A stretch of 64,000 nt of DNA from Nocardioides sp. (GCA_046597165.1 JBKJLD010000060.1:1167-65166); one strand, 5' to 3'. Positions 46,448 to 56,549 are shown, counted from the first letter of the stretch. Numbers and translations are program-made. Notes: generated from the sequence alone by a model not told the origin.

Positions 46448-47527
46448 ATGTCGAAACACGCACACCGCGACGAGCCTGACCGCTCGACCGTCGTCGCGGC
46501 CTCCGTGTTCGCTGTGCTGCTGCTGCTGGTGCCCGTGGCAATGCTCGCGATGAACAAGCCCTGGCAGAGCACCGCCGCCCAGGTGGCCCCGACCTCGTCG
46601 ACGGTCTCGACGCCCGGTGCCGCTCCGCCGGTCCTTGCAGGCGCGCCGCAGGCTCAGCGCACCGAACGTGGGCAGAAGCTCAAGTCGGTGGCCAATGGTT
46701 CGCACCAGAAGGTGCTCGAAAGCGGCTCCGCGCTGCGGCGCAAGACCCAGGGGCTCGCTCGCCGACGGGCCGTGGGTCCCACGGCGTTCCGGGTGAGCAC
46801 CCTGAATCTGCTGGGTGACTCCCACACGGCCAAGGGCGGCAATCGCCCCGGGTGGGCGTCAGGCAGCACCCGGATGGGGTGGGCCGTCCAGCTCCTCACC
46901 GGGGCGGGAGTCCAGGTCGCCGGGCTGCAGGAGCTCCAGTCCCCGCAGCTCGCCGTACTCCAGCGCCAGCTCCCGAGCTGGGGGGTCTATCCGGGGGCCA
47001 GTCTGGGCCGAGCCGCGATGGCGGACTCGATCACCTGGAGTGGCGCGGTCTGGACGCTGGTCCAGGCGCACACCATCGACGTGCCCTACTTCCGCGGCGC
47101 GCGCGTCCCGATGCCCTACGTGCAGCTCCAGCACACCGGCACCGGCCAGCTCGTCTGGTTCGCCAACTTCCACAACCCCGCCGACGCCCACGGCCCCGCC
47201 CAACGGTTCCGGGACGAGGCCAGGGCGATCGAGACCAACCTGGTCAACGAGCTGATGTCCGACGGGACGCCCGTCATCCTCACCGGGGACATGAACGACC
47301 GGGAGGAGTACTTCTGCCCGCTCACGGCAGCCTCCACGATGCACGCGGCCAACGGTGGCTCCACCGGCTCCGGGTGCGCCCCGCCGGACCAGATGGACGT
47401 CGACTGGATCTTTGGGGACGGCTCGATCACCTTTCCGAGCTTCCACCGGGTCACCGACGGGCTGGTGCGCCGGACGACCGACCACCCGTTCGTGTGGGCC
47501 GACGCCTTGGTGTCCCCAGGAGCCTGA
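46448..47527 (+). CDS. Membrane-anchored or exported endonuclease/exonuclease/phosphatase (EEP) protein 1
   Basis: N-terminal TM; TLNLLG, GLQE, NFH, TGDMN, VDWIFG and TDH. Confidence 0.85.
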   Translation: MSKHAHRDEPDRSTVVAASVFAVLLLLVPVAMLAMNKPWQSTAAQVAPTSSTVSTPGAAPPVLAGAPQAQRTERGQKLKSVANGSHQKVLESGSALRRKTQGLARRRAVGPTAFRVSTLNLLGDSHTAKGGNRPGWASGSTRMGWAVQLLTGAGVQVAGLQELQSPQLAVLQRQLPSWGVYPGASLGRAAMADSITWSGAVWTLVQAHTIDVPYFRGARVPMPYVQLQHTGTGQLVWFANFHNPADAHGPAQRFRDEARAIETNLVNELMSDGTPVILTGDMNDREEYFCPLTAASTMHAANGGSTGSGCAPPDQMDVDWIFGDGSITFPSFHRVTDGLVRRTTDHPFVWADALVSPGA

Positions 47528-47554
47528 GACGCCCGGAAGTGGCAGACTGGGCGG

Positions 47555-48175
47555 ATGACGACCAGTGCCCCCGGACCCCAGCCAGAGCGTTCGGGACGTC
47601 CGCTCCTCACTCTCATCGGCGTGGTGCTGGCCGTGCTCGTGATCGTCGGCGTCATCTTCGTCGTGATCGGTCGGTCGCAGACGGTCGACCCGGCCCCGGC
47701 TGCGGGCGCGACCACGTCCGCACCGATGGCGAGCGCGCCCTCCGCGTCGGTCCGCCCCGCGACCTACCACCGCGAGGCCCGTCGGGCGACGCGGGACGGC
47801 ATGCCCGCCCTGCTGCCCTCGGCCCTGCCGCACGGCTGGTCGGTCACCGCCGCGGCCTACGACGCCGGTGCCGGCACCTGGATGACGTCCTTCGCGACGC
47901 CGAACGGCCCCCTCGACCTGGTGCAGGAGCAGGGCGCCACCGTGTCCGACCTGGTGGCGGCGCACGCGCCCGCGGCCACGGCCGGGGAGACCGTCGACCT
48001 CTCCCGCTGGCAGTCCGGCAACTGGGCGTCGTACGCCGCCCCCGGCGTCGCCGCCCTCGGCCGGGCGCTCAAGTCGACGAGCATCCTGCTGGTCGGCACC
48101 AACGCCGACGACCTCATCGCACTGGCCCAGAGGCTGCTCACGATGGAGGTCGACACCGGCGGCGAGGGCGACTGA
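47555..48175 (+). CDS. Single-TM extracytoplasmic protein (DUF4245-like)
   Basis: One TM and LLPSALPHGW motif. Confidence 0.55.
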   Translation: MTTSAPGPQPERSGRPLLTLIGVVLAVLVIVGVIFVVIGRSQTVDPAPAAGATTSAPMASAPSASVRPATYHREARRATRDGMPALLPSALPHGWSVTAAAYDAGAGTWMTSFATPNGPLDLVQEQGATVSDLVAAHAPAATAGETVDLSRWQSGNWASYAAPGVAALGRALKSTSILLVGTNADDLIALAQRLLTMEVDTGGEGD

Positions 48176-48312
48176 CGGGGTTTCCTGTGCGAAATTCTCG
48201 CCTCGGGGTTGCGGGTCGCCAGAGTCTGGTGTGACATGGGTGATGTCCTGATACGCAAGTGCACACCAGTGTGGTCGGATCCCCGTCCGCACGTGACGTC
48301 CAGGAGTTCGAC

Positions 48313-49539
48313 GTGGCCACCTCACGCACCCGCCCCAGCGCCCGCATGGCCGCGCTCGGGATCGCGCTGGTGCTGGGCCTGCTCGCGACGACCGGGTCCG
48401 CGCCTGCCGAGGCCGGCGCGGGGTCGACGGCCGGCCTCTCGATGGCCCGCTCGGCGCCGTCGCCGACTCCGGACCACTACACCCCCGTCACCGGCGCCAA
48501 GTTCAACAACCCCCTGGGTGACGAGCACGCGCAGCGGCGGCTCTTCGCGCACATCATCCGCACGATCAACAGCGTCCCGGCCCGCGAGGTGATCCGCTTC
48601 GCGGTCTTCTCCTTCGCGGACAAGGCCACGGCCGACGCCCTCCTCGCGGCGTACCGGCGTGGGGTGCGCGTCAAGCTGATCTTCTCCGGCGGCGAGGTCT
48701 ACCCACCCATGACCCGGATGCAGCGGGCGCTGGGCACCGACCGCAAGGCATCTTCGTTCGCGATTCTGTGCGACCACAGCTGTCGCGGCACCGGCGGGCA
48801 GATGCACGCGAAGTTCTTCCAGTTCAGCGCCGCCGGCGGGGCCCGGAACATCACCATGGTGGGCTCGAACAACCTGACGAACCACAACGCCGAAGAGCAG
48901 TGGAGCGACCTCTACACGGTGGCCAACGGTCAGCACTTCTACGACGCCTTCAAGCCCTGGTTCCGCCAGCTCAAGCGGGATCGACCGGTGCGGGATCCCT
49001 ACGTCACCGAGAACGCCGGGCTCAACAAGGTCGACATCACCCCGGTTGACCTGAGCACCGACGAGGACCCCGTGCTGCGTTCGCTGGACAACGTCACCTG
49101 CCAGACCCGCGAGGGCGACATCGACCCCGACTCCGAGACGCCCGACGAGCTGGTCGCGACCAGGCTGCTGATCGCCGCCCACGCCTGGAACGGGGAACGG
49201 GGCAAGCGGGTCGCCCAGGCGGTCGCGGGGCTGGCTCGCGAGGGTTGCCGGGTCAAGGTCTTCTACGGCATCGGCGTCGGGCCTGCGGTCCGCAACATCC
49301 TGGAAAGCGCCGGTGCCACCCTGCGCAACGGCACCCACAAGGGCATCTACACCCACGAGAAACTGATGATCGTGCGTGGCAACTTCGCCGGACACCCCGA
49401 CACCGTCCGGGTGTGGACGGGCTCGCACAACTGGAGCAGCCGGGCGCTGGGCCGTGACGACCTGATCGTGCAGATCTTCCGCCAGGACATCGGCGAGAAG
49501 TACGTCGTCGGCTTCCGCAAGATGTGGCGCAAGGGCTGA
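48313..49539 (+). CDS. Secreted phospholipase D-superfamily protein 1
   Basis: AGGAG RBS, signal peptide ending AEA; HAK..GSNN and HEK..GSHN. Confidence 0.85.
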   Translation: MATSRTRPSARMAALGIALVLGLLATTGSAPAEAGAGSTAGLSMARSAPSPTPDHYTPVTGAKFNNPLGDEHAQRRLFAHIIRTINSVPAREVIRFAVFSFADKATADALLAAYRRGVRVKLIFSGGEVYPPMTRMQRALGTDRKASSFAILCDHSCRGTGGQMHAKFFQFSAAGGARNITMVGSNNLTNHNAEEQWSDLYTVANGQHFYDAFKPWFRQLKRDRPVRDPYVTENAGLNKVDITPVDLSTDEDPVLRSLDNVTCQTREGDIDPDSETPDELVATRLLIAAHAWNGERGKRVAQAVAGLAREGCRVKVFYGIGVGPAVRNILESAGATLRNGTHKGIYTHEKLMIVRGNFAGHPDTVRVWTGSHNWSSRALGRDDLIVQIFRQDIGEKYVVGFRKMWRKG

Positions 49540-49675
49540 GCCCACTCCTGACGGGGTCGTGCACACTGCGTCTGCGTCTTCGTGGTCGGGGCCTCGAACC
49601 GGGATTCTGTGCCGCGCTAGCATGGCGGTTTCCCGGCCGTCCGGCCTCACCACCAGCCAGGAGCAACGAACTTTG

Positions 49676-51241
49676 ATGGTCAGGCCACATCGGTCCACGG
49701 TGACGTGCCTCGGGGTCGACGACGCCGGCATCCTGGCCGCCGCGCGGGACGAGGTCATCCTCGACGTCCTGTTCGACGGTCGGAGGATCTGGTCGTTCTG
49801 GCTGCACCGGGACGGGGTGCCCGAGGAGACCGCCCACCGGGTTGCCTGGCCGCGCACCCTGAACACCTTCCTCAACGGCACTGCCCGGATCACGGTGGCG
49901 GTGCACGACAGCGAGGACGTCGTCTTCGACGAGGAGGTGGTCCTGGGCGACGGTGCCGGTCGGATCTCGATCGCCAGCGAGGACGGGCGGCCGCTGGCGC
50001 TGGACAAGTCCCTGCGCCGGGTGCACACCTTCGACACCCGCTCGGCGGAGCACGTGGCACCGCTGATGCGGGCCATCAACGACGTTCTCACCGCCCTCCA
50101 CGAGGCGGGAGTCGACGCCTTCCTGGCCTACGGCACGCTGCTCGGCGCCGTGCGCGACGGCCGACTGATCGGACACGACAGCGACGCCGACCTCGGCTAC
50201 GTCAGCGAGCACGAGCACCCCGTCGACGTGAGCCGGGAGTCATTTCGCCTCCAGCGGGTCCTGGTGGCTCGCGGTTACCACGTGACCCGCTACTCCACCG
50301 CCGCCTTCAAGGTCGACGTCCGCGAGGCGGACGGGACGGTGCGTGGACTCGACGTCTTCGGTGGCTTCATGAAGGAGGGCTACCTCCACCTCATGGGCGA
50401 GATCCGCACCCCGTTCCGCCGGGAGTGGGTGACCCCGCTGGGCACCGCCACGCTCGAGGGCTGGGAGTTCGCAGTCCCTGCCGACACCGACCGATTCCTC
50501 ACCGCCACCTACGGTCCGAGCTGGCGCGTGCCGGATCCGGCGTTCAAGTTCCCGACGCCGGTCTCCACTCACCGTCGGTTCAACGCCTGGTTCCGCGGCA
50601 TCCGCATGCAGCGCGCCCAGTGGGATCGCGTGTACGCCCAGGCCAGACCGCCGGCGCTGGAGCCCTCCGATCTCGCGTCGTGGATCAGTGAGCGCGAGCC
50701 GGACGCCGGGCAGGTCGTCGACATCGGCTGTGGCACTGGCGTCGACGCCTGGTGGTTCGCCGGCCGGGGAGCCCACTGCCTGGGTCTCGACTTCGTGACG
50801 AAGGCGTTCGCGTCGATGCAGGAGCGGTCCGCTGCCGACGAGGTCGACGCGGAGTACCGGGTCTTCAACCTCCTCGAGATGCGCTCGGTGCTGAGCACCG
50901 GGGCCCTGGTGGCGCGCACCCCGGGACCGCGGGTCGTGATGGCCCGCCACGTCGTCGACGCCGTCGGTGCCACCGCCCGCCAGCACCTGTGGGCCACGGC
51001 CGACATGATGCTGCGCGACGGTGGCCGGCTCTACCTGCAGTTCCTGACCAACAGCGGCACCGACGGCTACGCCCGGCGGCTGCACGTGCGGCCCCGCAAG
51101 CCGGGGATCGTGGCCAGTGAGCTCCGTGCGCGTGGCGCCACCATCATCCACCGGGAGATCCTCCCGGTCTCCAGCAGCGGTGCCCGCGCGGGTGCCGAAC
51201 CCTCGAAAATCTGTCGATTGGTGGCCCAATGGGACTCGTGA
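49676..51241 (+). CDS. LicD-like nucleotidyltransferase-fold phosphotransferase fused to class I SAM methyltransferase
   Basis: YGTLLGAVR.G.LIGHDSDADL, LDVF and YGPSWRVP, then VVDIGCGTG..GLDF. Confidence 0.85.
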   Translation: MVRPHRSTVTCLGVDDAGILAAARDEVILDVLFDGRRIWSFWLHRDGVPEETAHRVAWPRTLNTFLNGTARITVAVHDSEDVVFDEEVVLGDGAGRISIASEDGRPLALDKSLRRVHTFDTRSAEHVAPLMRAINDVLTALHEAGVDAFLAYGTLLGAVRDGRLIGHDSDADLGYVSEHEHPVDVSRESFRLQRVLVARGYHVTRYSTAAFKVDVREADGTVRGLDVFGGFMKEGYLHLMGEIRTPFRREWVTPLGTATLEGWEFAVPADTDRFLTATYGPSWRVPDPAFKFPTPVSTHRRFNAWFRGIRMQRAQWDRVYAQARPPALEPSDLASWISEREPDAGQVVDIGCGTGVDAWWFAGRGAHCLGLDFVTKAFASMQERSAADEVDAEYRVFNLLEMRSVLSTGALVARTPGPRVVMARHVVDAVGATARQHLWATADMMLRDGGRLYLQFLTNSGTDGYARRLHVRPRKPGIVASELRARGATIIHREILPVSSSGARAGAEPSKICRLVAQWDS

Positions 51242-51462
51242 ACAAGCTGACCCGGGGCGTCCGGGAATCCGCGTCGGCCTCGGCGTCGGTCGGTCTGCGG
51301 CGACGCGTGAGCGCCCTCGAGGCCGAGGTGCAGGAGTGCCAGGCGCTCAACCTGCGGATGGCCGAGCTGATGGACATCGTCACCGAGCTGGTGCTGCCGA
51401 TCGCGCAGCGCGACGACGAGAAGCTGCGCGAAGCGCTGGCGAAGTACCAAGAGAGCATCTGA
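51229..51462 (+). CDS. Small coiled-coil protein (DUF6752-like)
   Basis: LRRRVSALEAEVQECQALNLRMAELMDIVTELVLP; overlaps the LicD gene stop. Confidence 0.75.
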   Translation: MGLVNKLTRGVRESASASASVGLRRRVSALEAEVQECQALNLRMAELMDIVTELVLPIAQRDDEKLREALAKYQESI

Positions 51463-51465
51463 CCC

Positions 51466-52500
51466 GTGGCGGATCGCGTCTTCCTGCACATCGGGTTGCC
51501 CAAGACGGGAACCACCTACCTGCAGCAGGTGATGTGGGAGAACCGGGCCCGGCTCCTTCAGGACGGGGTTCTGCTCCCGGGGCGGGAGCGCCGCGAGCAC
51601 CTGTGGGCCGCCCTCGACATCCAGGGGCGCAAGAACCTGGCTCGACGTCACCCGAAGGCGCCGGGCTCCTGGCGGCGCCTCCAGCGGGAGCTGAACGCCG
51701 CCTCGGGCACCGGCCTGGTATCTCACGAGTTCATGTGTGGCGCGACCCGCCGCCAGGCCGCGGAGACGGTCGCCGGCCTCGGCGAGGCCGAGGTGCACCT
51801 GGTGGTGACCGCTCGGTCGGCGCTCGGGATGCTGGGGGCCGGTTGGCAGGAGATGGTCAAGAACGGCTCGGTGCGCACCCTCGGTGAGATCCCGCCGGAA
51901 ACGCCCAAGGCCGGTCGAGGGTCCGAGTTCAGCTGGCGCACCTGGGATCTCCACGGCGTACTCAAACGGTGGGGGAGCTGTGTCCCCGCCGACCGGGTCC
52001 ACGTCCTGCCGATGCCCGGCCGGGACCAACCGGCCGACCAGCACTGGCGGAACTTCGCCTCCGTGCTGGGGCTCTCGCCCGACGGCTATGTGCTGCCCGA
52101 CCGCGCCGCCAACCAGTCGCTCGGCGTGGTCCAGATCGAGCTGCTGCGCCGGATCAACGCCCAGCTGGAAGGCATCACCGCCCCGGTGGATCGCGGCCGC
52201 TGGATCAGGGGTTACCTCGCGGAGTCCCGGCTCGCCACGCAGGCCGGGGAGCCGTTCGGGCCCGGCCCCGATGCGGTCGCCGATTGCCGAGAGCGCAGCC
52301 GTCGCGCCGTCGAGCTGATCGGGAGCGCCGGCTACCACGTGGTGGGCGACGTCACGGCCCTGCTGGTGCCGGACGAGCTGCCCGCACTTCAGGCCCCGGC
52401 TGGCGTGTCGGACGCCCAGCTCGTCGACGCGGCGAGCAGACTCGTCGCTGATATGCTCCACGACGTTCGTTCGCTGACTCGAGATTCCCCCGAGCAGTGA
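51466..52500 (+). CDS. Sulfotransferase-like P-loop protein 1
   Basis: FLHIGLPKTGTTYLQ PSB-like loop, VSHE, WQE and NQSLG. Confidence 0.8.
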   Translation: MADRVFLHIGLPKTGTTYLQQVMWENRARLLQDGVLLPGRERREHLWAALDIQGRKNLARRHPKAPGSWRRLQRELNAASGTGLVSHEFMCGATRRQAAETVAGLGEAEVHLVVTARSALGMLGAGWQEMVKNGSVRTLGEIPPETPKAGRGSEFSWRTWDLHGVLKRWGSCVPADRVHVLPMPGRDQPADQHWRNFASVLGLSPDGYVLPDRAANQSLGVVQIELLRRINAQLEGITAPVDRGRWIRGYLAESRLATQAGEPFGPGPDAVADCRERSRRAVELIGSAGYHVVGDVTALLVPDELPALQAPAGVSDAQLVDAASRLVADMLHDVRSLTRDSPEQ

Positions 52501-52625
52501 GCGGCGCCTGACTCGCCGGCGTGAGCAACTTGAGCTGCCCGGCTGATCCATGGTGGTGACCGGGCCCGATCAAGGGTGGTCCAGGGTCTTCATGAGCTGG
52601 AAAATCTTGAAGGGCGGATGGTTTG

Positions 52626-53993
52626 ATGATGTCGCGTGTGCTCGCCGTGCTGGTCACTGCTTTCCTGGCGTTGACCCTGGGAACGGTGCCGTCCCAGGCG
52701 GCGTCCGGGTCGGACCCGACCAACCAGTGGGCCCCGCCCGCCGGTGCCGTGTTCAACAACCCCTACGGCCCCGACGAGGCCCGCTACCGCATCGAGCGGC
52801 GCCTGCTCCGGGCGATCAAGGAAACCCCGAGGAACGGCCACATCCGTATCTCGGTCTACTCCTTCGACCGGATCGTGGTCGCCAAGGCGCTGATCCGGGC
52901 TCACCAGAAGCGCCACGTCCAGGTTCAGATCCTGATGAACGACCACCAGGTGACCAGGGCGCAGCGGATGCTCTACCGGGGCATCGGCAGGAACCCGAAG
53001 CGCAAGAACTTCGCCTACGAGTGCGACAACTCGTGCCGCGGCCGCCGGGACAACCTGCACTCGAAGTTCTACCTCTTCGACCAGACCGGCAAGGCCGACG
53101 ACGTGGTCATGACGGGTTCGGTGAACTTCACCCTGAATGCCGTGAAGTGGCAGTGGAACGACCTGGTGACGGTCAAGGGCCGCAAGCACCTCTACGCCAA
53201 CTTCGTGACGCTCTTCGACGACATGCGCCACGACTACAAGCGCAACCAGCCGTACTACACCTTCTGTGGCAAGGCGGACGGCGAGCGCTGCTACGCCAAT
53301 CAGGACACCCGCTTCACCCGGGTCTTCCCCCGCAAGTCGAGCGCCACCGATGATCCGGTGCTCAACCTGATCAAGCCGATCCAGTGCACGTACACCACTG
53401 ACACCGGCCTCATGAAGCGGACCCACGTGCGCCTCTCGATGCACACCATGCAGGGCGACCGGGGGCAGTACATCGCCGCCCGGGTGCGCAAGTTGTGGGC
53501 CGACGGTTGTGACATCAAGGTCATCTACGGACTGATGGGCGGCCGGGTGAAGCGAGAGCTGGGTTCGCCCACGGCACGCGGGCGCATCCCGCTGCGGTCG
53601 GCCGGGTTCGACTACGACGGTGACGGCGAGGTCAACCGCTACACCCACCAGAAGTACTTCCTGGTCCGCGGGATGTACGCCGGGTCGCCGACGAACATCA
53701 CCTACACCGGCTCGTCGAACTGGACCACGCGCGGCACCTCGGGCGACGAGATCATCTTCAGCATTCGCTCGCGTGAGATCGAGTCGCAGTATGCCCAGAA
53801 CTTCGAACTGATGTGGAACTCAGACCGCTACACGCGCGACGCCTACACGACCACGTCCTCGGACTACAAGACCTACGTCACGAGGGTCGACACCTTGGGC
53901 AAGCCGACCACCCGAGTGGTGGAGGGCAGGCACCCGATCGTGGTGAACCTCCCGGACGGACTGCGCCCGGGCAAGACCTGGGAAGACGACTAG
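52626..53993 (+). CDS. Secreted phospholipase D-superfamily protein 2
   Basis: Signal peptide ending SQA; HSKFYLFD..GSVN and HQK..GSSN. Confidence 0.85.
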   Translation: MMSRVLAVLVTAFLALTLGTVPSQAASGSDPTNQWAPPAGAVFNNPYGPDEARYRIERRLLRAIKETPRNGHIRISVYSFDRIVVAKALIRAHQKRHVQVQILMNDHQVTRAQRMLYRGIGRNPKRKNFAYECDNSCRGRRDNLHSKFYLFDQTGKADDVVMTGSVNFTLNAVKWQWNDLVTVKGRKHLYANFVTLFDDMRHDYKRNQPYYTFCGKADGERCYANQDTRFTRVFPRKSSATDDPVLNLIKPIQCTYTTDTGLMKRTHVRLSMHTMQGDRGQYIAARVRKLWADGCDIKVIYGLMGGRVKRELGSPTARGRIPLRSAGFDYDGDGEVNRYTHQKYFLVRGMYAGSPTNITYTGSSNWTTRGTSGDEIIFSIRSREIESQYAQNFELMWNSDRYTRDAYTTTSSDYKTYVTRVDTLGKPTTRVVEGRHPIVVNLPDGLRPGKTWEDD

Positions 53994-55157
53994 GTGGGCG
54001 TGGCCACGCCCGAGCCGGTCGTCGTCCTGCACATCGGGGCGATGAAGTCGGGCACCACGTACGTGCAGGGACTGCTGGCCAACAACCGTCAGACGCTCAA
54101 GCAGCAGGGTTGGTTCCTGCCGCGGCAACCGGTGGCCTCACGGGCTGTGCGGGAGGTCATGGGGCTGACGGACCAGGGTCGCAAAGGGCTGACCCGCACG
54201 CCGACGTGGGACGAGCTCACCGACACCGTGCGGGGCCAGCAGGATCGTGGCTCGCTCATCTCGATGGAGTTCCTGAGCTACGCCGGCCCGGAGGCTGCCG
54301 AGCGGGTGCTCGCCGGTCTGGCCGGGACAGATCTGCGGGTGCTGCTCACCGTGCGCGACGCCGCGCGGGCGCTGCCCTCCCAGTGGCAGAGCCTGAGCCG
54401 CAACGGGGCGAGCGAGTCGTGGCCCGAGTTCGTCTCCGAGGTGCGCTCCGCGACGCCGCGCAGCAAGGGAGCGGCGGCCCGCGCGTTCCGGCGTACCCAG
54501 GACCTGCCGCGGATGATCGCTGTGTGGTCGGCGCTGCTGCCGCCCGAGAAGTTCCGCATCGTCACCGTGCCGCCGAGCTCGACCGACCCGGCGCTGCTGT
54601 GGCGCCGCTTCCTGGCCGCGGCCGAGGTCGACCCCGAGGGGACGGCCACCGACGGTGCCTTCGACAACCCGAGACTGGGCTACGGGTCGTGCGAGCTGCT
54701 GCGGCTGCTCAACGCCGCCGGACTGGCCGACGAGCGCCCGAGCGCCTATCGCAAGGTCGTCCGGTTCGTCGCTCGGCGCCACCTGCTGCCGTTGCGCGAC
54801 CAGGAGTCCCAACCGGCGCTCGATCTGACCACCGCGCGGTTCGCGGCGGAGCTCAACCAGCGGACCAGGGCCGCGGTCGAACAGCACTGCACGCTCTTCG
54901 GAGACCTGTCTGACCTCCCCGACACCGTTTCGGACGGGCTGCGCCTCGACCCGGGGGAGACCCCACGTCAGGTCGAGGACCGTGAGGTGCTGCAGGCCGC
55001 GGGCGCGGCCCGCGTCGGCATTGTCGAGTACTTCCACGAGCAGGGCCTCGCGCTGCCCCCGGAGGGCGACGGTCCGCCTCCCGACGAGCTGGACGAGGCT
55101 GTCGCGAGGCTCGCGGAGCTCATGGGTCTCGCGATGCAGGCCCAGCGGCGTCCGTGA
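53994..55157 (+). CDS. Sulfotransferase-like P-loop protein 2
   Basis: LHIGAMKSGTTYVQ, ISMEFL and RDAARALPSQWQ (R-x7-S). Confidence 0.8.
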   Translation: MGVATPEPVVVLHIGAMKSGTTYVQGLLANNRQTLKQQGWFLPRQPVASRAVREVMGLTDQGRKGLTRTPTWDELTDTVRGQQDRGSLISMEFLSYAGPEAAERVLAGLAGTDLRVLLTVRDAARALPSQWQSLSRNGASESWPEFVSEVRSATPRSKGAAARAFRRTQDLPRMIAVWSALLPPEKFRIVTVPPSSTDPALLWRRFLAAAEVDPEGTATDGAFDNPRLGYGSCELLRLLNAAGLADERPSAYRKVVRFVARRHLLPLRDQESQPALDLTTARFAAELNQRTRAAVEQHCTLFGDLSDLPDTVSDGLRLDPGETPRQVEDREVLQAAGAARVGIVEYFHEQGLALPPEGDGPPPDELDEAVARLAELMGLAMQAQRRP

Positions 55158-55233
55158 CCCAACTCATGATGAGACTCCGGGCGCCGCACTCTAGAGTCGT
55201 CGCTGTCGTTCATCCTGACTGAAAGGTTCATCC

Positions 55234-56442
55234 ATGGGTCGCCTCTGCGAAACCGAAGGTCTCAGCGAGGACCAGATCGAGATCCTCAAGGCAGTCCGGA
55301 CCTTTGTCGACGAGAAGATCCTCCCGGTTGCCACCGAGCTCGAGCACGCCGACGAGTACCCCCAGGAGATCGTCGACGGTCTCAAGGAGCTGGGCATCTT
55401 CGGTCTGATGATTCCCGAGGAGTACGACGGCCTCGGTGAGTCGCTGCTGACGTACGCCCTGTGTGTCGAGGAGATCGCCCGTGGCTGGATGAGCGTGTCG
55501 GGTGTCATCAACACCCACTTCATCGTGGCCTACCTGCTCATGCAGCACGGCACCGACGAGCAGAAGCAGAAGTACCTGCCGCGGATGGCGACCGGCGAGG
55601 TTCGCGGCGCCTTCTCGATGTCCGAGCCGGGGCTGGGCTCCGACGTCTCCGCGATCAAGACCAAGGCCACCCGGCTCGGTGACGGACCGGACGATGGTTA
55701 CGAGATCACCGGCCAGAAGATGTGGCTGACCAATGGGGGCACCTCGACCCTGGTCGCCACCCTGGTCAAGACCGACGAGGGCGCCGACTCGGTCTACAAG
55801 AACATGACGACTTTCCTGGTGGAGAAGGAGCCCGGCTTCGGCGAGACCGCCCAGGGCATCACCATTCCCGGGAAGATCGACAAGATGGGCTACAAGGGCG
55901 TCGAGACCACCGAGGCGATCTTTGAGGGCCACAAGATCGGCGCCGAGCAGATCCTGGGCGGTGAGCCGGGCAAGGGTTTCTACCAGATGATGGACGGTGT
56001 CGAGGTCGGCCGCGTGAACGTCGCGGCTCGGGCCTGCGGCATCGCCAACCGCGCCTTTGAGTTGGGCATTGCCTACTCCCAGCAGCGCGAAACCTTCGGC
56101 AAACCGATCGCCGAGCACCAGGCAGTTCTCTTCCGGCTGGCCGAGATGGCCACCAAGGTCGAGACCTCCCACGCGATGATGGTCCGCGCCGCCCGCCTCA
56201 AGGACCGCGGCGAGCGCAACGACGTCGAGGCCGGCATGGCCAAGTACCTCGCGGCGGAGTACTGCAACGAGGTGGTCCAGGACTCGTTCCGGATCCACGG
56301 TGGCTACGGCTACTCCAAGGAGTATGAGATCGAGCGTCTCTACCGCGAGGCGGCGTTCATGCTGATCGGCGAGGGCACCGCAGACATCCAGAAGATGATC
56401 ATCGGCCGCTCCTTGCTCAAGGACTACAAGCTCAAGGGCTGA
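55234..56442 (+). CDS. Acyl-CoA dehydrogenase (probable methylsuccinyl-CoA dehydrogenase type)
   Basis: FSMSEPGLGSD, GQKMWLTNG, RETFGKPI, HGGYGY and GEGT. Confidence 0.9.
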   Translation: MGRLCETEGLSEDQIEILKAVRTFVDEKILPVATELEHADEYPQEIVDGLKELGIFGLMIPEEYDGLGESLLTYALCVEEIARGWMSVSGVINTHFIVAYLLMQHGTDEQKQKYLPRMATGEVRGAFSMSEPGLGSDVSAIKTKATRLGDGPDDGYEITGQKMWLTNGGTSTLVATLVKTDEGADSVYKNMTTFLVEKEPGFGETAQGITIPGKIDKMGYKGVETTEAIFEGHKIGAEQILGGEPGKGFYQMMDGVEVGRVNVAARACGIANRAFELGIAYSQQRETFGKPIAEHQAVLFRLAEMATKVETSHAMMVRAARLKDRGERNDVEAGMAKYLAAEYCNEVVQDSFRIHGGYGYSKEYEIERLYREAAFMLIGEGTADIQKMIIGRSLLKDYKLKG

Positions 56443-56549
56443 GTCCACCGGTTCGGCCGGGCTGAGACGAAAGTGACGGGTGAGACGCTAGGGTTTGTCC
56501 CGATGTGCCCTTCCGTCCGGCTGGCGGGGCCCTGTCCTGGAGGATGTCG

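Noticed and set aside
48313-53993. PLD genes as intracellular anti-phage nucleases (DISARM/Zucchini-like)
   Set aside because: Both have signal peptides and there are no helicase or DNA methylase partners
55228-56448. 406-aa antisense ORF mirroring the acyl-CoA dehydrogenase
   Set aside because: Codon-registered shadow ORF typical of GC-rich genes
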